DNA of 64,000 bases from Actinomycetota bacterium (GTDB lineage Bacteria; Actinomycetota; Acidimicrobiia; Acidimicrobiales; Ilumatobacteraceae), in assembly GCA_046091825.1 (NCBI GenBank), contig JBJTCK010000105.1, forward strand, positions 4,251-68,250, in the 5' to 3' direction. A program made the position numbers and the translations under genes. The notes beneath the pieces were generated by a model, which was given only the letters and a program-made list of their open reading frames with translations, had not been told where the DNA came from and made no database searches. This document shows, one piece after another, positions 1 through 9,259 of the stretch. How positions within the stretch are numbered: the stretch's first letter is position 1; each line of letters opens with the position of its first letter.

Positions 1-731
1 AGCGAGTTCGCGAACGGTGCCGCGAAACCCATCCTGGATGCGCTGAACCCCGGGTCGACGGGCAGCGAGGACCCTGCGAGGGCACCGGCCCCCAGTGGGG
101 AGATGTCGGCGCGCGCGAGCGCGTGGTTGATGCGGTCGATGTCGCGCAGCAGGGCCCAAGCGTGCGCCCGCAGGTGGTGGGACAGAAGCACCGGCTGGGC
201 ACGCTGCAGGTGCGTGTACCCAGGTATCGCCACGGGCGGCGCCGCCCTGTCGGCCTCGTCGGCGCGCGCGGCCAGCACCTCCACCAGGGAGAGTGCGGCC
301 GCCGCCACGGACCGCATCCCGCGGCGGCTCCACAGCCGCAGTGCTGTCGCCACCTGGTCGTTCCTGCTGCGGCCGGTGTGCAGCCTGCCCCCGGGCTCCC
401 CGGCGATCTGGGTCACCCTGCGTTCGATCGCGGTGTGGATGTCCTCGTCAGACTCCACGAACTCGAACACACCGCGCGCCATCTCGTCATGGACGGCATC
501 GAGCGCCGCGGACACCGTCGAGGCATCCTCGGCAGACATGAGCCCGACATGGGCAAGCATCTCCACGTGCGCCCTGGAGCCCTCGATGTCGTCGGCCCAC
601 ATCCTGCGGTCGAACCCGATGCTCTCGGTGTAGTCCATCAGGTCGCGGCTGGGCCCGGCGGCGAACCTGCCGTGCCAGAGTGCGGCACCACCGGCAACCT
701 CGTTGCCGCCCTGCGTGCCCCCGGGAGTCAT
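1..731 (-). CDS. argH: argininosuccinate lyase, N-terminal part (runs off window start)
   Basis: Open-ended minus frame from ATG 729-731, absent from the ORF track because it has no stop in the window. My translation is MTPGGTQ..ALWHGRFAAGPSRDLMDYTESIGFDRRMW..GGRLHTGRSRNDQVATALRLW, which carries the ArgH/fumarate-lyase signature. It lies 4 nt downstream of argR. Confidence 0.9.
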   Translation of the reverse strand, partial: MTPGGTQGGNEVAGGAALWHGRFAAGPSRDLMDYTESIGFDRRMWADDIEGSRAHVEMLAHVGLMSAEDASTVSAALDAVHDEMARGVFEFVESDEDIHTAIERRVTQIAGEPGGRLHTGRSRNDQVATALRLWSRRGMRSVAAAALSLVEVLAARADEADRAAPPVAIPGYTHLQRAQPVLLSHHLRAHAWALLRDIDRINHALARADISPLGAGALAGSSLPVDPGFSASRMGFAAPFANS

Positions 732-735
732 GTCA

Positions 736-1281
736 TCAGCCACGGCCTACCACCTTCTGCCTTGTGGTCTTCTGTGCGGACTTCTTTGTGGTCTTGGTAG
801 TCGCTGCATCTTTCGTGGCGATTCCCGCGAGCTGGCCGAGTTGTGCGGCGAGCCTGCGGCCGCCGAGTTGCTCGGAAGCGACACAGAGAACGGTGTCGTC
901 ACCGGCGACCGTGCCGATGAGGCCCCTCATGCCGCCGCGGTCGAGGGCGGAGGCGACGACGTGGGCACAACCAGGCGGCGTGCGCACCACCACGAGGTTG
1001 CCGCTGTGGGTCACCTCGGCCACCCATTCCCCCACGACACGGCGCAGCTGGTCAGACGGCGCGACACGCTGCGGCTCGAACTCGGGGATGGCGTACTTCG
1101 GCTCGCCGCCGGCCACGCGCACCTTGACCGCCCCCAGTTCCTCGAGGTCACGAGAGATCGTGGCCTGGGTCGCGTCGACCTTGTTGCGCGCCAGCAGCTT
1201 CTGGAGCTCCGGCTGGCTGGACACGTTGTGCGTGGCGATGATCTTCACGATCATCTGCTGGCGCTGCTTCTTGCTGCTCAT
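736..1281 (-). CDS. argR: arginine repressor ArgR with Lys/Thr-rich C-terminal tail
   Basis: Trimmed from ORF 736..1530 to ATG 1279-1281 (MSSKKQRQQMIVKIIATHNVSSQPELQKLL..ATISRDLEELG). This is a winged-helix N-domain plus an ArgR core. The start overlaps the argF stop (ATGA). Confidence 0.9.
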   Translation of the reverse strand: MSSKKQRQQMIVKIIATHNVSSQPELQKLLARNKVDATQATISRDLEELGAVKVRVAGGEPKYAIPEFEPQRVAPSDQLRRVVGEWVAEVTHSGNLVVVRTPPGCAHVVASALDRGGMRGLIGTVAGDDTVLCVASEQLGGRRLAAQLGQLAGIATKDAATTKTTKKSAQKTTRQKVVGRG

Positions 1282-2171
1282 CCCTGTGCCTCCATCAAGA
1301 ACGTGAGTGCCCCGCGCGCGGCGGTGAGCCTGTGGTGGCCCTGTGCGATCACCAGGCTGCGCGGACCGTCGAACACCTCCGCACTCACCTCCTCGCCGCG
1401 GTGTGCCGGCATGCAGTGCATGAACCGGGCGCCGGGGGCGGCACACTGCATGAGGGCCTCGTCCACGATGTACCCCGCAAAGACCTCGCGGCGGGCGGCT
1501 GACTCTTCTTCCTGACCCATGGAGATCCACGTGTCTGTGTGGACCACGTTTGCCCCTTTCACGGCGTCACCCGGGTCGACCGAGTCCCGTACGGGACCGC
1601 CGAGGGTGGCAAGCCTCGCGACCTCGTCCGCCCCCGGGCCGTAGCCCTCCGGGCAGCCGAACGACACGGCACCGCCGAGCATGAGGACCGCCTCGGCCAG
1701 CGACCGGGCGACGTTGCTGTAGTCACCGACCCACGCGACCCGGAGCGTGTCGGGCGCACCCACGGACTCCCTCATGGTCACCATGTCGGTGAGAGCCTGC
1801 AGCGGGTGGCTGCGGTCGCTCAGCATGTTGACGACCGGCACCGCGGAGCACGCTGCCATCCGCAGCACCGTGGAGTGGGCGAACACACGCGCGGCAAGTA
1901 CGGCGTGGTAGCCCGCCATGATGCGGGTGACGTCCTCCACCGTCTCGCGGGTGTCGAGCCCGACCTCCTCGCCGCGCGTGTACACCGGGTGGCCGCCCAT
2001 CTGGACGACGGCCATCTCCATGGAGTGGCGAGTCCTGTTGGACGGCTTCTCGAACACGAGCGCCACGCCCTTGCCCTCCAGGAGGCGTCTCGGCGCGGCC
2101 ACGGAGAGTGCCAGCACGTGGCGCAGCTCTCCTGGCGAGAGGTCGGTGATGTCGAGCAGGTGCCTCGTCAC
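1278..2171 (-). CDS. argF: ornithine carbamoyltransferase
   Basis: 297 aa with FEKPSNRTRHSMEMA (STRTR-like carbamoyl-phosphate motif) and HCMPAHRGEE. GTG start overlaps the argD stop (GTGA). Confidence 0.93.
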   Translation of the reverse strand: MTRHLLDITDLSPGELRHVLALSVAAPRRLLEGKGVALVFEKPSNRTRHSMEMAVVQMGGHPVYTRGEEVGLDTRETVEDVTRIMAGYHAVLAARVFAHSTVLRMAACSAVPVVNMLSDRSHPLQALTDMVTMRESVGAPDTLRVAWVGDYSNVARSLAEAVLMLGGAVSFGCPEGYGPGADEVARLATLGGPVRDSVDPGDAVKGANVVHTDTWISMGQEEESAARREVFAGYIVDEALMQCAAPGARFMHCMPAHRGEEVSAEVFDGPRSLVIAQGHHRLTAARGALTFLMEAQG

Positions 2172-3376
2172 TGGAGTCCCGCCGTGATCATCGCGCAGGC
2201 CTCGTCGATCTCTGCGTCGCTGACGGTGAGTGGCGGTGCGAGACGGAGGGTGGATGCGTTCACGGCATTCACGATGAGACCGCGGTCGAGCAGCCCTGCA
2301 GCCACTGTGTTCGCGTCCCTCTCCCCGGCGAGTGCGACGCCGAGAAGGAGGCCCTCGCCCCGCACGTGGTCAACCCCGGGCACTCCGTCCAGGAGGCCCC
2401 GGATGCGGGCGCCTGCCCGTACGGCGAGCGCGCACGCGTCGATCCTCCTCATCTCGTCGATGACGGCGTTCACCGCCGCCGTCGCAATCGCCGTCCCGCT
2501 GTAGGTGGACCCGTGGTCACCGGGCTTCATCACGGCGGCCACGTCGCGCCGTGCCCACACAGCACCCACGGGCATCCCGTTGCCCATGCCCTTCGCGAAC
2601 GTCACTACGTCCGGCTGCAGACCGGCGTGCTCGAAGCCGAACCACCGCCCGGTCCGGCAGAAGCCCGTCTGCACCTCGTCCATCATGAGGAGGAGGCCCC
2701 GCTCCCGGCAGAGACCCTGCACGGCACGGAGGTACCCGGGATCAGCGGGCACCACGCCGCCCTCGCCCTGGATGGGCTCGAGCATGACGGCTGACACCGA
2801 GGGGTCGACCGCGCCCGCCAGCGCGTCAAGGTCACCGAACGGCACGTAGCGGAAACCGTCCGGCATGGGCTGGAACACCTCGTGCTTCGCGGGTTGCCCG
2901 GTGAGCGCGAGGGCCCCGAGCGTGCGGCCGTGGAAGCTGCCGAACGCGCTGATCACCGCGTGACGGCCGCGGCCCCCGAACGTGCGCGCGATCTTGATGG
3001 CGGCCTCGTTCGCCTCTGCGCCCGAGTTGCAGAAGAACACCTGGCCGTCCCCGGCCCCTGCGTCACGCATCAACGAGTTGATTGCCATTGCCGCACGGGT
3101 GGCAACCGGGTTCGTGAAGAAATTGGACACGTGCATGAGCTCAGCCGCCTGGGCGGCGATCGCCCCGCTCACGGCAGGGTTGCAGTGCCCCAGTGAGACC
3201 ACGGCGATGCCCGACAGGAAGTCCAGGTAGCGGCGCCCGTCGCTGGACCACAGTTGCGTGCCGGAGCCCCGCACGAACATGATCTTCGGCGCGCCGAACA
3301 CCGGGATGAACGGGCAGAAGTCCTGCCCCCCGAGGATCTCCTGCGGGATTTCGTCTGATGCGAACGCGTGGCTCAT
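2168..3376 (-). CDS. argD: acetylornithine aminotransferase (class III PLP aminotransferase)
   Basis: 402 aa with LLMMDEVQTGFCRTGRWF and TFAKGMGNG (PLP-lysine context). Positioned within the arg cluster. Confidence 0.9.
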   Translation of the reverse strand: MSHAFASDEIPQEILGGQDFCPFIPVFGAPKIMFVRGSGTQLWSSDGRRYLDFLSGIAVVSLGHCNPAVSGAIAAQAAELMHVSNFFTNPVATRAAMAINSLMRDAGAGDGQVFFCNSGAEANEAAIKIARTFGGRGRHAVISAFGSFHGRTLGALALTGQPAKHEVFQPMPDGFRYVPFGDLDALAGAVDPSVSAVMLEPIQGEGGVVPADPGYLRAVQGLCRERGLLLMMDEVQTGFCRTGRWFGFEHAGLQPDVVTFAKGMGNGMPVGAVWARRDVAAVMKPGDHGSTYSGTAIATAAVNAVIDEMRRIDACALAVRAGARIRGLLDGVPGVDHVRGEGLLLGVALAGERDANTVAAGLLDRGLIVNAVNASTLRLAPPLTVSDAEIDEACAMITAGLQ

Positions 3377-4230
3377 TGTGCCCCTCCTGTGATCATGGTC
3401 CCCACGCCCTCGTCGGTGAAGAGCTCGAGGAGGAGCACGTGGGGTATCCGGCCGTCCAGGATGTGCGCGCTGCGAACGCCCCCGCGCACGGCCTGGATGC
3501 AGCTCTCCACTTTCGGGATCATCCCCCCTGCGACGGTGCCGTCGGCCACGAGAGCCTCGAGTTCGCCCACGGTCGTGCGCTGGATGAGCGATGCCGGGTC
3601 GTCCACGGCGCGGCGCAGGCCGGCGATGTCGGTGAGGTAGACGATCTTCTCCGCGGACAGTGCCTCCGCGATGGCCCCTGCGGCGGTGTCCGCGTTGATG
3701 TTGTACGCCTGCCCGGCCCCATCCACCCCGACGGTGGAGATGACGGGCACGAAACCGTCCGCAAGCACACTCTCAATCAGTTCGGGCCGCACGCGCGCGA
3801 CGTCACCCACGAAGCCGAGCGCGGGATCCCGCGGCTCGGCGTGGAGGATGCGGGCGTCCTCGCCCGAGAGGCCCACAGCGATGTTGCCGTGGGTGTTGAT
3901 CGCGCTCACGATCTGCGGGTTGACCTGGCCATTCAGGACCATCCGCACCACGTCCATCGTGGCCGCATCCGTGACGCGGAGGCCCTTCTCGAACCGCGAC
4001 TCGATGCCGAGACGACCGAGCAGGTCATTGATCTGCGGCCCGCCGCCGTGGACGACGACAGGCCGGATGCCGACTGTGTGCATGAGGACGATGTCCTCGG
4101 CGAACAATGAGAGGGCGTCATGGTCGGACGTCCCGGCTAGGGCGTTGCCGCCGTACTTCACCACGACGGTCCGCCCGGCGAACCGGCGGATGTACGGGAG
4201 GGCCTCCACGAGGACACCGGCGGTGGACAT
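3373..4230 (-). CDS. argB: acetylglutamate kinase
   Basis: Trimmed from ORF 3373..5163 to ATG 4228-4230 (MSTAGVLVEALPYIRRFAGRTVVVKYGGNA..VVVHGGGPQI..YNINADTAAGAIA). The upstream 311 codons of the call run antisense-frame through argC. Confidence 0.93.
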   Translation of the reverse strand: MSTAGVLVEALPYIRRFAGRTVVVKYGGNALAGTSDHDALSLFAEDIVLMHTVGIRPVVVHGGGPQINDLLGRLGIESRFEKGLRVTDAATMDVVRMVLNGQVNPQIVSAINTHGNIAVGLSGEDARILHAEPRDPALGFVGDVARVRPELIESVLADGFVPVISTVGVDGAGQAYNINADTAAGAIAEALSAEKIVYLTDIAGLRRAVDDPASLIQRTTVGELEALVADGTVAGGMIPKVESCIQAVRGGVRSAHILDGRIPHVLLLELFTDEGVGTMITGGAQ

Positions 4231-4235
4231 CGCGC

Positions 4236-5252
4236 TCACGGGTACACCCCCACGTTCGTGAGGCCCGCTGTCTCCTCCAGGCCGAGTGCCACGTTCGCCG
4301 CCTGGACGGCCCCGCCCGAGGCACCCTTGGTGAGGTTGTCCTCCGCGGCGATCACGACCACGTGGCCCGTCCGCTCGTCGTGGCGCGCGGTGATGTGCAC
4401 GGCGTTCGAGCCGAGCGTGGCCTTGGTGCCCGGGATGCCCGTGTTCACGGTCACGAAGGGTTCGTCCCTGTAGAACCCGGCGAGGGTCGCGAGAAGCGAT
4501 GCAGTGGAGACCTTGCCGGCGGGGCGCGCGTAGCAGGTGGCGAGGATGCCCCGGTTCATCGGCGCGAGATGGGGTGTGAAGAGGATCTGCGCCCCCAGGT
4601 TCTGCTCCATCTCGGGAGTGTGCCGGTGGTCGAGGAGGCCATAGGCGGTGAAGTCCTCGTCGACCGTGCAGAACATGGAACTGTGCCTGGCCGCCCGCCC
4701 CGCGCCGCTCACCCCGCTGGCCGCATCCACGATGATTCCCGTGTCCTCGATGACCCCTGCCCGCAGCAACGGCGCGAGCGCGAGTGTCGCCGCCGTGACG
4801 TAGCAACCCGGAGTGGCAACGAGGGTCGCACCGCGCAGTTCCTCCCTGTGCAGCTCCGGCAGGCCGTACACCGCGCGCGCGAGCTCCGTGGGCTGCGTGT
4901 GGTCGAAGCCGTACCACTTGGGGTACGCCGACGCGTCCTTGAGACGGTACGCAGCCGAGAGGTCCACGATGCACCCCACGTGCGGGGCGATCTCGGGCAC
5001 GATGGCCATGGACGCCTCGTGGGGCAGGCCGAGAAACACGAGGTCGAGCCCGTGGACGACCGCCGGGTCGTACTCGGAGAACACCAGGTTCGGGTACGCG
5101 CCCGCGAGCGACGGGTACAGGGAACTGGCGAGCGTGCCCGCCTGGGTGTCCCCCGTGGCGCACGCGAGCTCCATGCCCGGGTGGCCCGCGACGATCCGCA
5201 GCAGCTCGACACCCGTGTACCCCGATGCTCCGATGATTCCCACTCTGACCAT
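4236..5252 (-). CDS. argC: N-acetyl-gamma-glutamyl-phosphate reductase
   Basis: 338 aa, MVRVGIIGASGYTGVELLRIV.., with active-site context VATPGCYVTAATLAL. First gene of the arg cluster. Confidence 0.93.
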   Translation of the reverse strand: MVRVGIIGASGYTGVELLRIVAGHPGMELACATGDTQAGTLASSLYPSLAGAYPNLVFSEYDPAVVHGLDLVFLGLPHEASMAIVPEIAPHVGCIVDLSAAYRLKDASAYPKWYGFDHTQPTELARAVYGLPELHREELRGATLVATPGCYVTAATLALAPLLRAGVIEDTGIIVDAASGVSGAGRAARHSSMFCTVDEDFTAYGLLDHRHTPEMEQNLGAQILFTPHLAPMNRGILATCYARPAGKVSTASLLATLAGFYRDEPFVTVNTGIPGTKATLGSNAVHITARHDERTGHVVVIAAEDNLTKGASGGAVQAANVALGLEETAGLTNVGVYP

Positions 5253-5254
5253 AG

Positions 5255-5289
5255 TTGCATTATAATACAGGTAAGTGAATTATCATGCA
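5255..5289. promoter_or_regulatory. tandem ARG boxes (ArgR operator) overlapping divergent -10 hexamers
   Basis: The only AT-rich patch in the window. It holds TGCAT-TATA-ATACA (5256-5269) and TGAAT-TATC-ATGCA (5276-5289), centres 20 bp apart. TATAAT reads on both strands (plus 5261-5266; minus = plus 5259-5264), 6-8 nt from the argC ATG and the 5275 GTG. Confidence 0.7.
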
Positions 5290-5823
5290 AGCATTCCTCC
5301 GGCTGCCGGCGCCCTGCTGGTGGCGGCCCCCGCCGTCGACGACCCGCACTTCGCGCGTTCGGTGGTGCTCCTCCTCGCCCACGGGACGGAGGATGGAGCA
5401 ATGGGCATCATCCTGAACCGCCCGATGGACGCGGTCGTGGGTGACCCAACGTCACCCCTCCACCCCTGGGTGGAGTCCGCGGCGGTGCCGGCCGTGCTGT
5501 TCGAGGGCGGACCGGTGGAGACGACAGGCTTCATCTGCCTCACGGAGGACTCCTCTGCCCAGCCGGGTGTCTCCTCCATGGACATCATCGAGGACGACCC
5601 GGCGTCCGTCACCGCTCCGCACCGGGTGTTCCGCGGGTACGCGGGCTGGGCACCCGGGCAGCTGGAGGCAGAGATACTCGTGGGTGGCTGGTTCGTGCTC
5701 CCCGCACTCCGCGGTGATGCCTTCACCGGCGACCCTGAGGGACTCTGGCGGGCAGTGCTCGCGCGACAGGGCGGCGAGCTCGCCGCGATCGCACGGTTCC
5801 CTGCCGACCCGAACCTCAACTGA
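5275..5823 (+). CDS. YqgE/AlgH-family (UPF0301) protein
   Basis: 182 aa with LLVAAPAVDDPHFARSVVLLLAHGTEDGAMGIILNRP and GYAGWAPGQLEAE, the typical YqgE/AlgH pattern. GTG start. Confidence 0.8.
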   Translation: MNYHASIPPAAGALLVAAPAVDDPHFARSVVLLLAHGTEDGAMGIILNRPMDAVVGDPTSPLHPWVESAAVPAVLFEGGPVETTGFICLTEDSSAQPGVSSMDIIEDDPASVTAPHRVFRGYAGWAPGQLEAEILVGGWFVLPALRGDAFTGDPEGLWRAVLARQGGELAAIARFPADPNLN

Positions 5824-5837
5824 CCGCGGACAACGGG

Positions 5838-8186
5838 TCAGGAACGAAGGACCGCACCGGTCTTCTGCGCCGCGGCTCGGCAGGCCTCCTGCACCTCCGC
5901 GATCGCCGCGTCGGTGAGGGTGCCGCCTGCCTCCTGCAGGCGGAGCCGGAATGCGAGGCTGCGCGAGCCTTCGTCCACGCCCTTGCCGCGGTACACGTCG
6001 AACAGGTCGATCGACACCAGCCTCTTGCCTGCCGCCTGGCGCAGCGCACGCTGCAGGTTCTGGGCCGGCACCGAGTCTGCCAGCACGAACGCCATGTCGA
6101 TGTCACTCGAGGGGAACCTGTTCAGCTCGCGCGCCTGCGCGGGCTTCGGCTCCTCGTTGAGGATGACCGAGAGGTCGATCTCCAGGATGCTGACCCGACC
6201 CTCGATGCCGAGCGAGTCGAGGACCACGGGGTCGACCTCACCCACGACCCCCACCACCTTCTTGCCCCTCGTCAGGCTGGCCGAGCGCGTGGGGTGCAGC
6301 CCCGGCGGCACGCGCGACTGGTCGAGCTGCGCGCCGACACCGAGAGCGTCGCAGATCGCCGCCCACTGCGCGAGGGCCGTGGAGGCGTCCTCCCCGGCCA
6401 CGACGACGCCGAGCTGCTCCGTCTCGTCCGGCAGCGCGCCGGAGCCCCTCGGGTAGACGCGGCCCGTCTCCCACAGGCCGATGCGCGGTGCACGGTGCGA
6501 CTGGTTGTAGCGGAGGGCCCCAAGGAGGCCGGGGCGCAGCGATGTGCGGAGCACGGACTCCTCGGCTACCAGTGGGTTCGCGATCGAGAGAACGTCCTCC
6601 TCGCCGAGACCCACGCTCGGGAGGTCCCCGGGGGCGAGGAACGGCATCGGCATCACCTCGTCGAGCCCCATGCCGACGAGGACACGGCGGAGTGTGCGGC
6701 GCCGCTGCTGCATGTTCGAGAGCCGCCCGTGGACTGCGGACTTGGGGACGCTCTTGCCGAGTGCGTCGTACCCGTGGTGTCGGGCGATCTCCTCGATGAT
6801 GTCGATCTCCTCGGTGCAGTCCGGGCGGAACGTGGGCACCGTGACTTCTGCACCGCCGTCGACAGGGCGGACCACGAAGCCGATCGGCCCGATGAGCGAT
6901 GCGATGCGGGCGCCGTCGGGCTCGATCCCGAGGGAACGACCGACGCGGGCGCTCCGCACGAGCACCGTGAACCCACGAGGACGGGCCGTCGTCTCGGCGA
7001 CGGTCATTCCCGCGTGGAGGACGGCACCGGGGCAGGTCTCGCGCAGGACCGTGACGAATCGTCTCATCGCCACGTCGACGCCGGCGGGGTCCACGCCGCG
7101 CTCGAACCGCACGGATGCCTCGCTGCGCAGGTTGTGGCGGTTCACGGAGTGACGCACAGGGTCGGGCGCGAACCATGCCATCTCGAGCGACAGTTCCGTG
7201 GTGGACCCTGTCACCTCGGAGTCCAGGCCGCCCATGATCCCCGCCAGCCCCACGGGCTGCCCGGAGGAGAGGTCGCAGATGAGGAGGTCCTCGACTGTCA
7301 TCGTCCTGTCCGTGCCGTCGAGCGTGCGCAGGACCTCGCCCTCCCGGGCGAGCCGCACGTCGAAGCCGCCCACCACGGCGTGGTCATACGCATGGTTCGG
7401 CTGGTTGAGCTCCAGCATCACGAGGTTCGACGCATCGACGACGTTGTTGATGCTGCGCATCCCGAGGTGCGCCAGCCGCGACGACACCCACGACGGCGAG
7501 GGACCCACGGTCACCCCGCTGATGACGGCCGCGGAGAACATCCCGCACCGGTCGGATGCCGTCACCGTGACGGGGATGCTGCGCGGCCCTCCCTCCGGGC
7601 CGGGATCAAGCCTGGGCCCGTGCAGTGCCGTACCGAAGTGCGCGGCCAGGTCGCGTGCGACCCCGAGGTGACCCCAACAGTCCGGCCGGTTGCGAGTGAG
7701 GTCCAGGTCAAAGACTGTGTCGTGCTCGATTCCGAGAATCTCGAACGGGTCGCGCCCGAGCGGGGTGTCGCCGGGCAGGACGAGCAGGCCGGCAGCCTCG
7801 TCGGAGATGCCGAGCTCCACCGGCGAGCAGAGCATTCCCTCCGAGTCGATCCCGAGGATGCCCCGGCGGGAGATCTCGCGGCCGTCGGGCATCCGCGTGC
7901 CGAGCGTGGCGAGCGGCACCACGTCGCCCGGACCCATGTTGGCGGCACCGCACCAGACGTGGCGCTCCGTGCCGTCCCCCGCATCCACCCAGCAACGGGT
8001 CACCTTGGCGGCGTCGGGGTGCTTCTCCGTGCGCACGATGCGCGCAGTGACCACACCGGCGACCGGCACGCCGACCGTCTCCGTGGACTCCACTGCCATG
8101 CCGAGCGTGTTCATGGCGGCGGCAACCACCTCGGGATCGTCGGGAAGGTCCGCGAGCTCCCGCAGGACCGAGAGGAGGACCTTCAC
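5838..8186 (-). CDS. pheT: phenylalanyl-tRNA synthetase beta subunit
   Basis: Trimmed from ORF 5838..8720 to GTG 8184-8186 (VKVLLSVLRELADLP..), which overlaps the pheS stop (GTGA). 782 aa with tRNA-binding, B3/4, B5 and FDX-ACB-like regions. Confidence 0.93.
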   Translation of the reverse strand: MKVLLSVLRELADLPDDPEVVAAAMNTLGMAVESTETVGVPVAGVVTARIVRTEKHPDAAKVTRCWVDAGDGTERHVWCGAANMGPGDVVPLATLGTRMPDGREISRRGILGIDSEGMLCSPVELGISDEAAGLLVLPGDTPLGRDPFEILGIEHDTVFDLDLTRNRPDCWGHLGVARDLAAHFGTALHGPRLDPGPEGGPRSIPVTVTASDRCGMFSAAVISGVTVGPSPSWVSSRLAHLGMRSINNVVDASNLVMLELNQPNHAYDHAVVGGFDVRLAREGEVLRTLDGTDRTMTVEDLLICDLSSGQPVGLAGIMGGLDSEVTGSTTELSLEMAWFAPDPVRHSVNRHNLRSEASVRFERGVDPAGVDVAMRRFVTVLRETCPGAVLHAGMTVAETTARPRGFTVLVRSARVGRSLGIEPDGARIASLIGPIGFVVRPVDGGAEVTVPTFRPDCTEEIDIIEEIARHHGYDALGKSVPKSAVHGRLSNMQQRRRTLRRVLVGMGLDEVMPMPFLAPGDLPSVGLGEEDVLSIANPLVAEESVLRTSLRPGLLGALRYNQSHRAPRIGLWETGRVYPRGSGALPDETEQLGVVVAGEDASTALAQWAAICDALGVGAQLDQSRVPPGLHPTRSASLTRGKKVVGVVGEVDPVVLDSLGIEGRVSILEIDLSVILNEEPKPAQARELNRFPSSDIDMAFVLADSVPAQNLQRALRQAAGKRLVSIDLFDVYRGKGVDEGSRSLAFRLRLQEAGGTLTDAAIAEVQEACRAAAQKTGAVLRS

Positions 8187-9214
8187 GAGAACTGCTCCGT
8201 GAAGCGGACGTCGTTCGAGTACATCTCGCGGATGTCCTCCACGCCGTGGCGTTCCTTTGCCATGCGGTCGATGCCGAACCCGAAGGCGAAACCGCTCCAT
8301 TCCTCGGGGTCGAGGCCGGCGGCCGCGAGCACGCGAGGGTGGACCATGCCGCACCCGCCCAGCTCGATCCACGAGCCGTCGGGACGCCTGATGTCGAACT
8401 CCGCGCTCGGTTCGGTGAACGGGAAATAGGAGGGGCGCAGGCGGCTGGTGAAGCCCTCGCCGAAGAAGGCCTTCGTGAAGGACTCGATCGTGCCCGCGAG
8501 GTCGGCGAAGGTGATGTTCCGGTCCACGACGAGACCCTCGATCTGGTGGAACACGGGCATGTGCGTGGCGTCGGGGGTCTCCTTGCGGAAGACACGGCCC
8601 GGCATCACCGCGTAGATGGGCGGTGGCCACTCCTGCATCACGCGGATTTGCACGGGCGAGGTGTGCGTGCGCAGCACGACGCTCCCCTGCGGGTCCTGGT
8701 CGACGAAGAGCGTGTCCCACATGCTCCGTGCGGGGTGGGACGGCGGCATGTTGAGCGCCTCGAAGTTGTGGAAGTCCGTCTCCACCTCCGGGCCCTCGGC
8801 GATGCGGAAGCCGAGCCCGATGAACACGTCCTCCAGCCGTTCCGTCGCCTGGGTGACGAGGTGCATCCGTCCGCGGCGGGTGCCGGCGCGCAGGGCCAGT
8901 TCGGACATGTCCACCCGGTCCGCCTCGATCGCACCTGCGAACGCGGCGCGCTTGACCACCGACTCGCGCACTGCTGCTGCCTGCTCCACCCGCGCGATCG
9001 CCTCGTTCACTGCCTGGCCGAGCGCCTTGCGGACCTCGAGGTCGCCGACCTTGCCGAGACCCGACTTCACGGCGGCCAACGGGCCCTTCTTGCCGGTCGC
9101 GGCGTTCACGGCCTCCCTGATTGCCTGTGCGTCGGGGGCACCGCCGATACGGGCGAGGGCGTCGGCAACCGCGCTGTCGAGGGCGGCCTGCTGGTCCGGG
9201 GGTGTCGTGCTCAT
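8183..9214 (-). CDS. pheS: phenylalanyl-tRNA synthetase alpha subunit
   Basis: 343 aa with class II motifs (RTHTSPVQIR, FRKETPDATHMPVFHQIEGL, GCGMVHPRVL). Confidence 0.95.
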   Translation of the reverse strand: MSTTPPDQQAALDSAVADALARIGGAPDAQAIREAVNAATGKKGPLAAVKSGLGKVGDLEVRKALGQAVNEAIARVEQAAAVRESVVKRAAFAGAIEADRVDMSELALRAGTRRGRMHLVTQATERLEDVFIGLGFRIAEGPEVETDFHNFEALNMPPSHPARSMWDTLFVDQDPQGSVVLRTHTSPVQIRVMQEWPPPIYAVMPGRVFRKETPDATHMPVFHQIEGLVVDRNITFADLAGTIESFTKAFFGEGFTSRLRPSYFPFTEPSAEFDIRRPDGSWIELGGCGMVHPRVLAAAGLDPEEWSGFAFGFGIDRMAKERHGVEDIREMYSNDVRFTEQFS

Positions 9215-9259
9215 GGCTGACGAAACGCTACCCCTGCCGGCACGGGCGTTCCGGGACGA

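Noticed and set aside
3373-5163. N-terminal extensions of minus-strand calls (also 5838..8720, 10396..11916, 25187..26407, 26272..27705, 28570..29394, 29315..31003, 31732..33000, 32811..33839, 33284..34504, 36049..37038, 44404..46107, 47922..49469, 54112..55182, 60865..62343)
   Set aside because: The extensions run in an alternate frame through the upstream gene and are Arg/Pro/Gly-rich. In each case a start codon sits at or within a few nt of the upstream stop, where the family-typical N-terminus begins.
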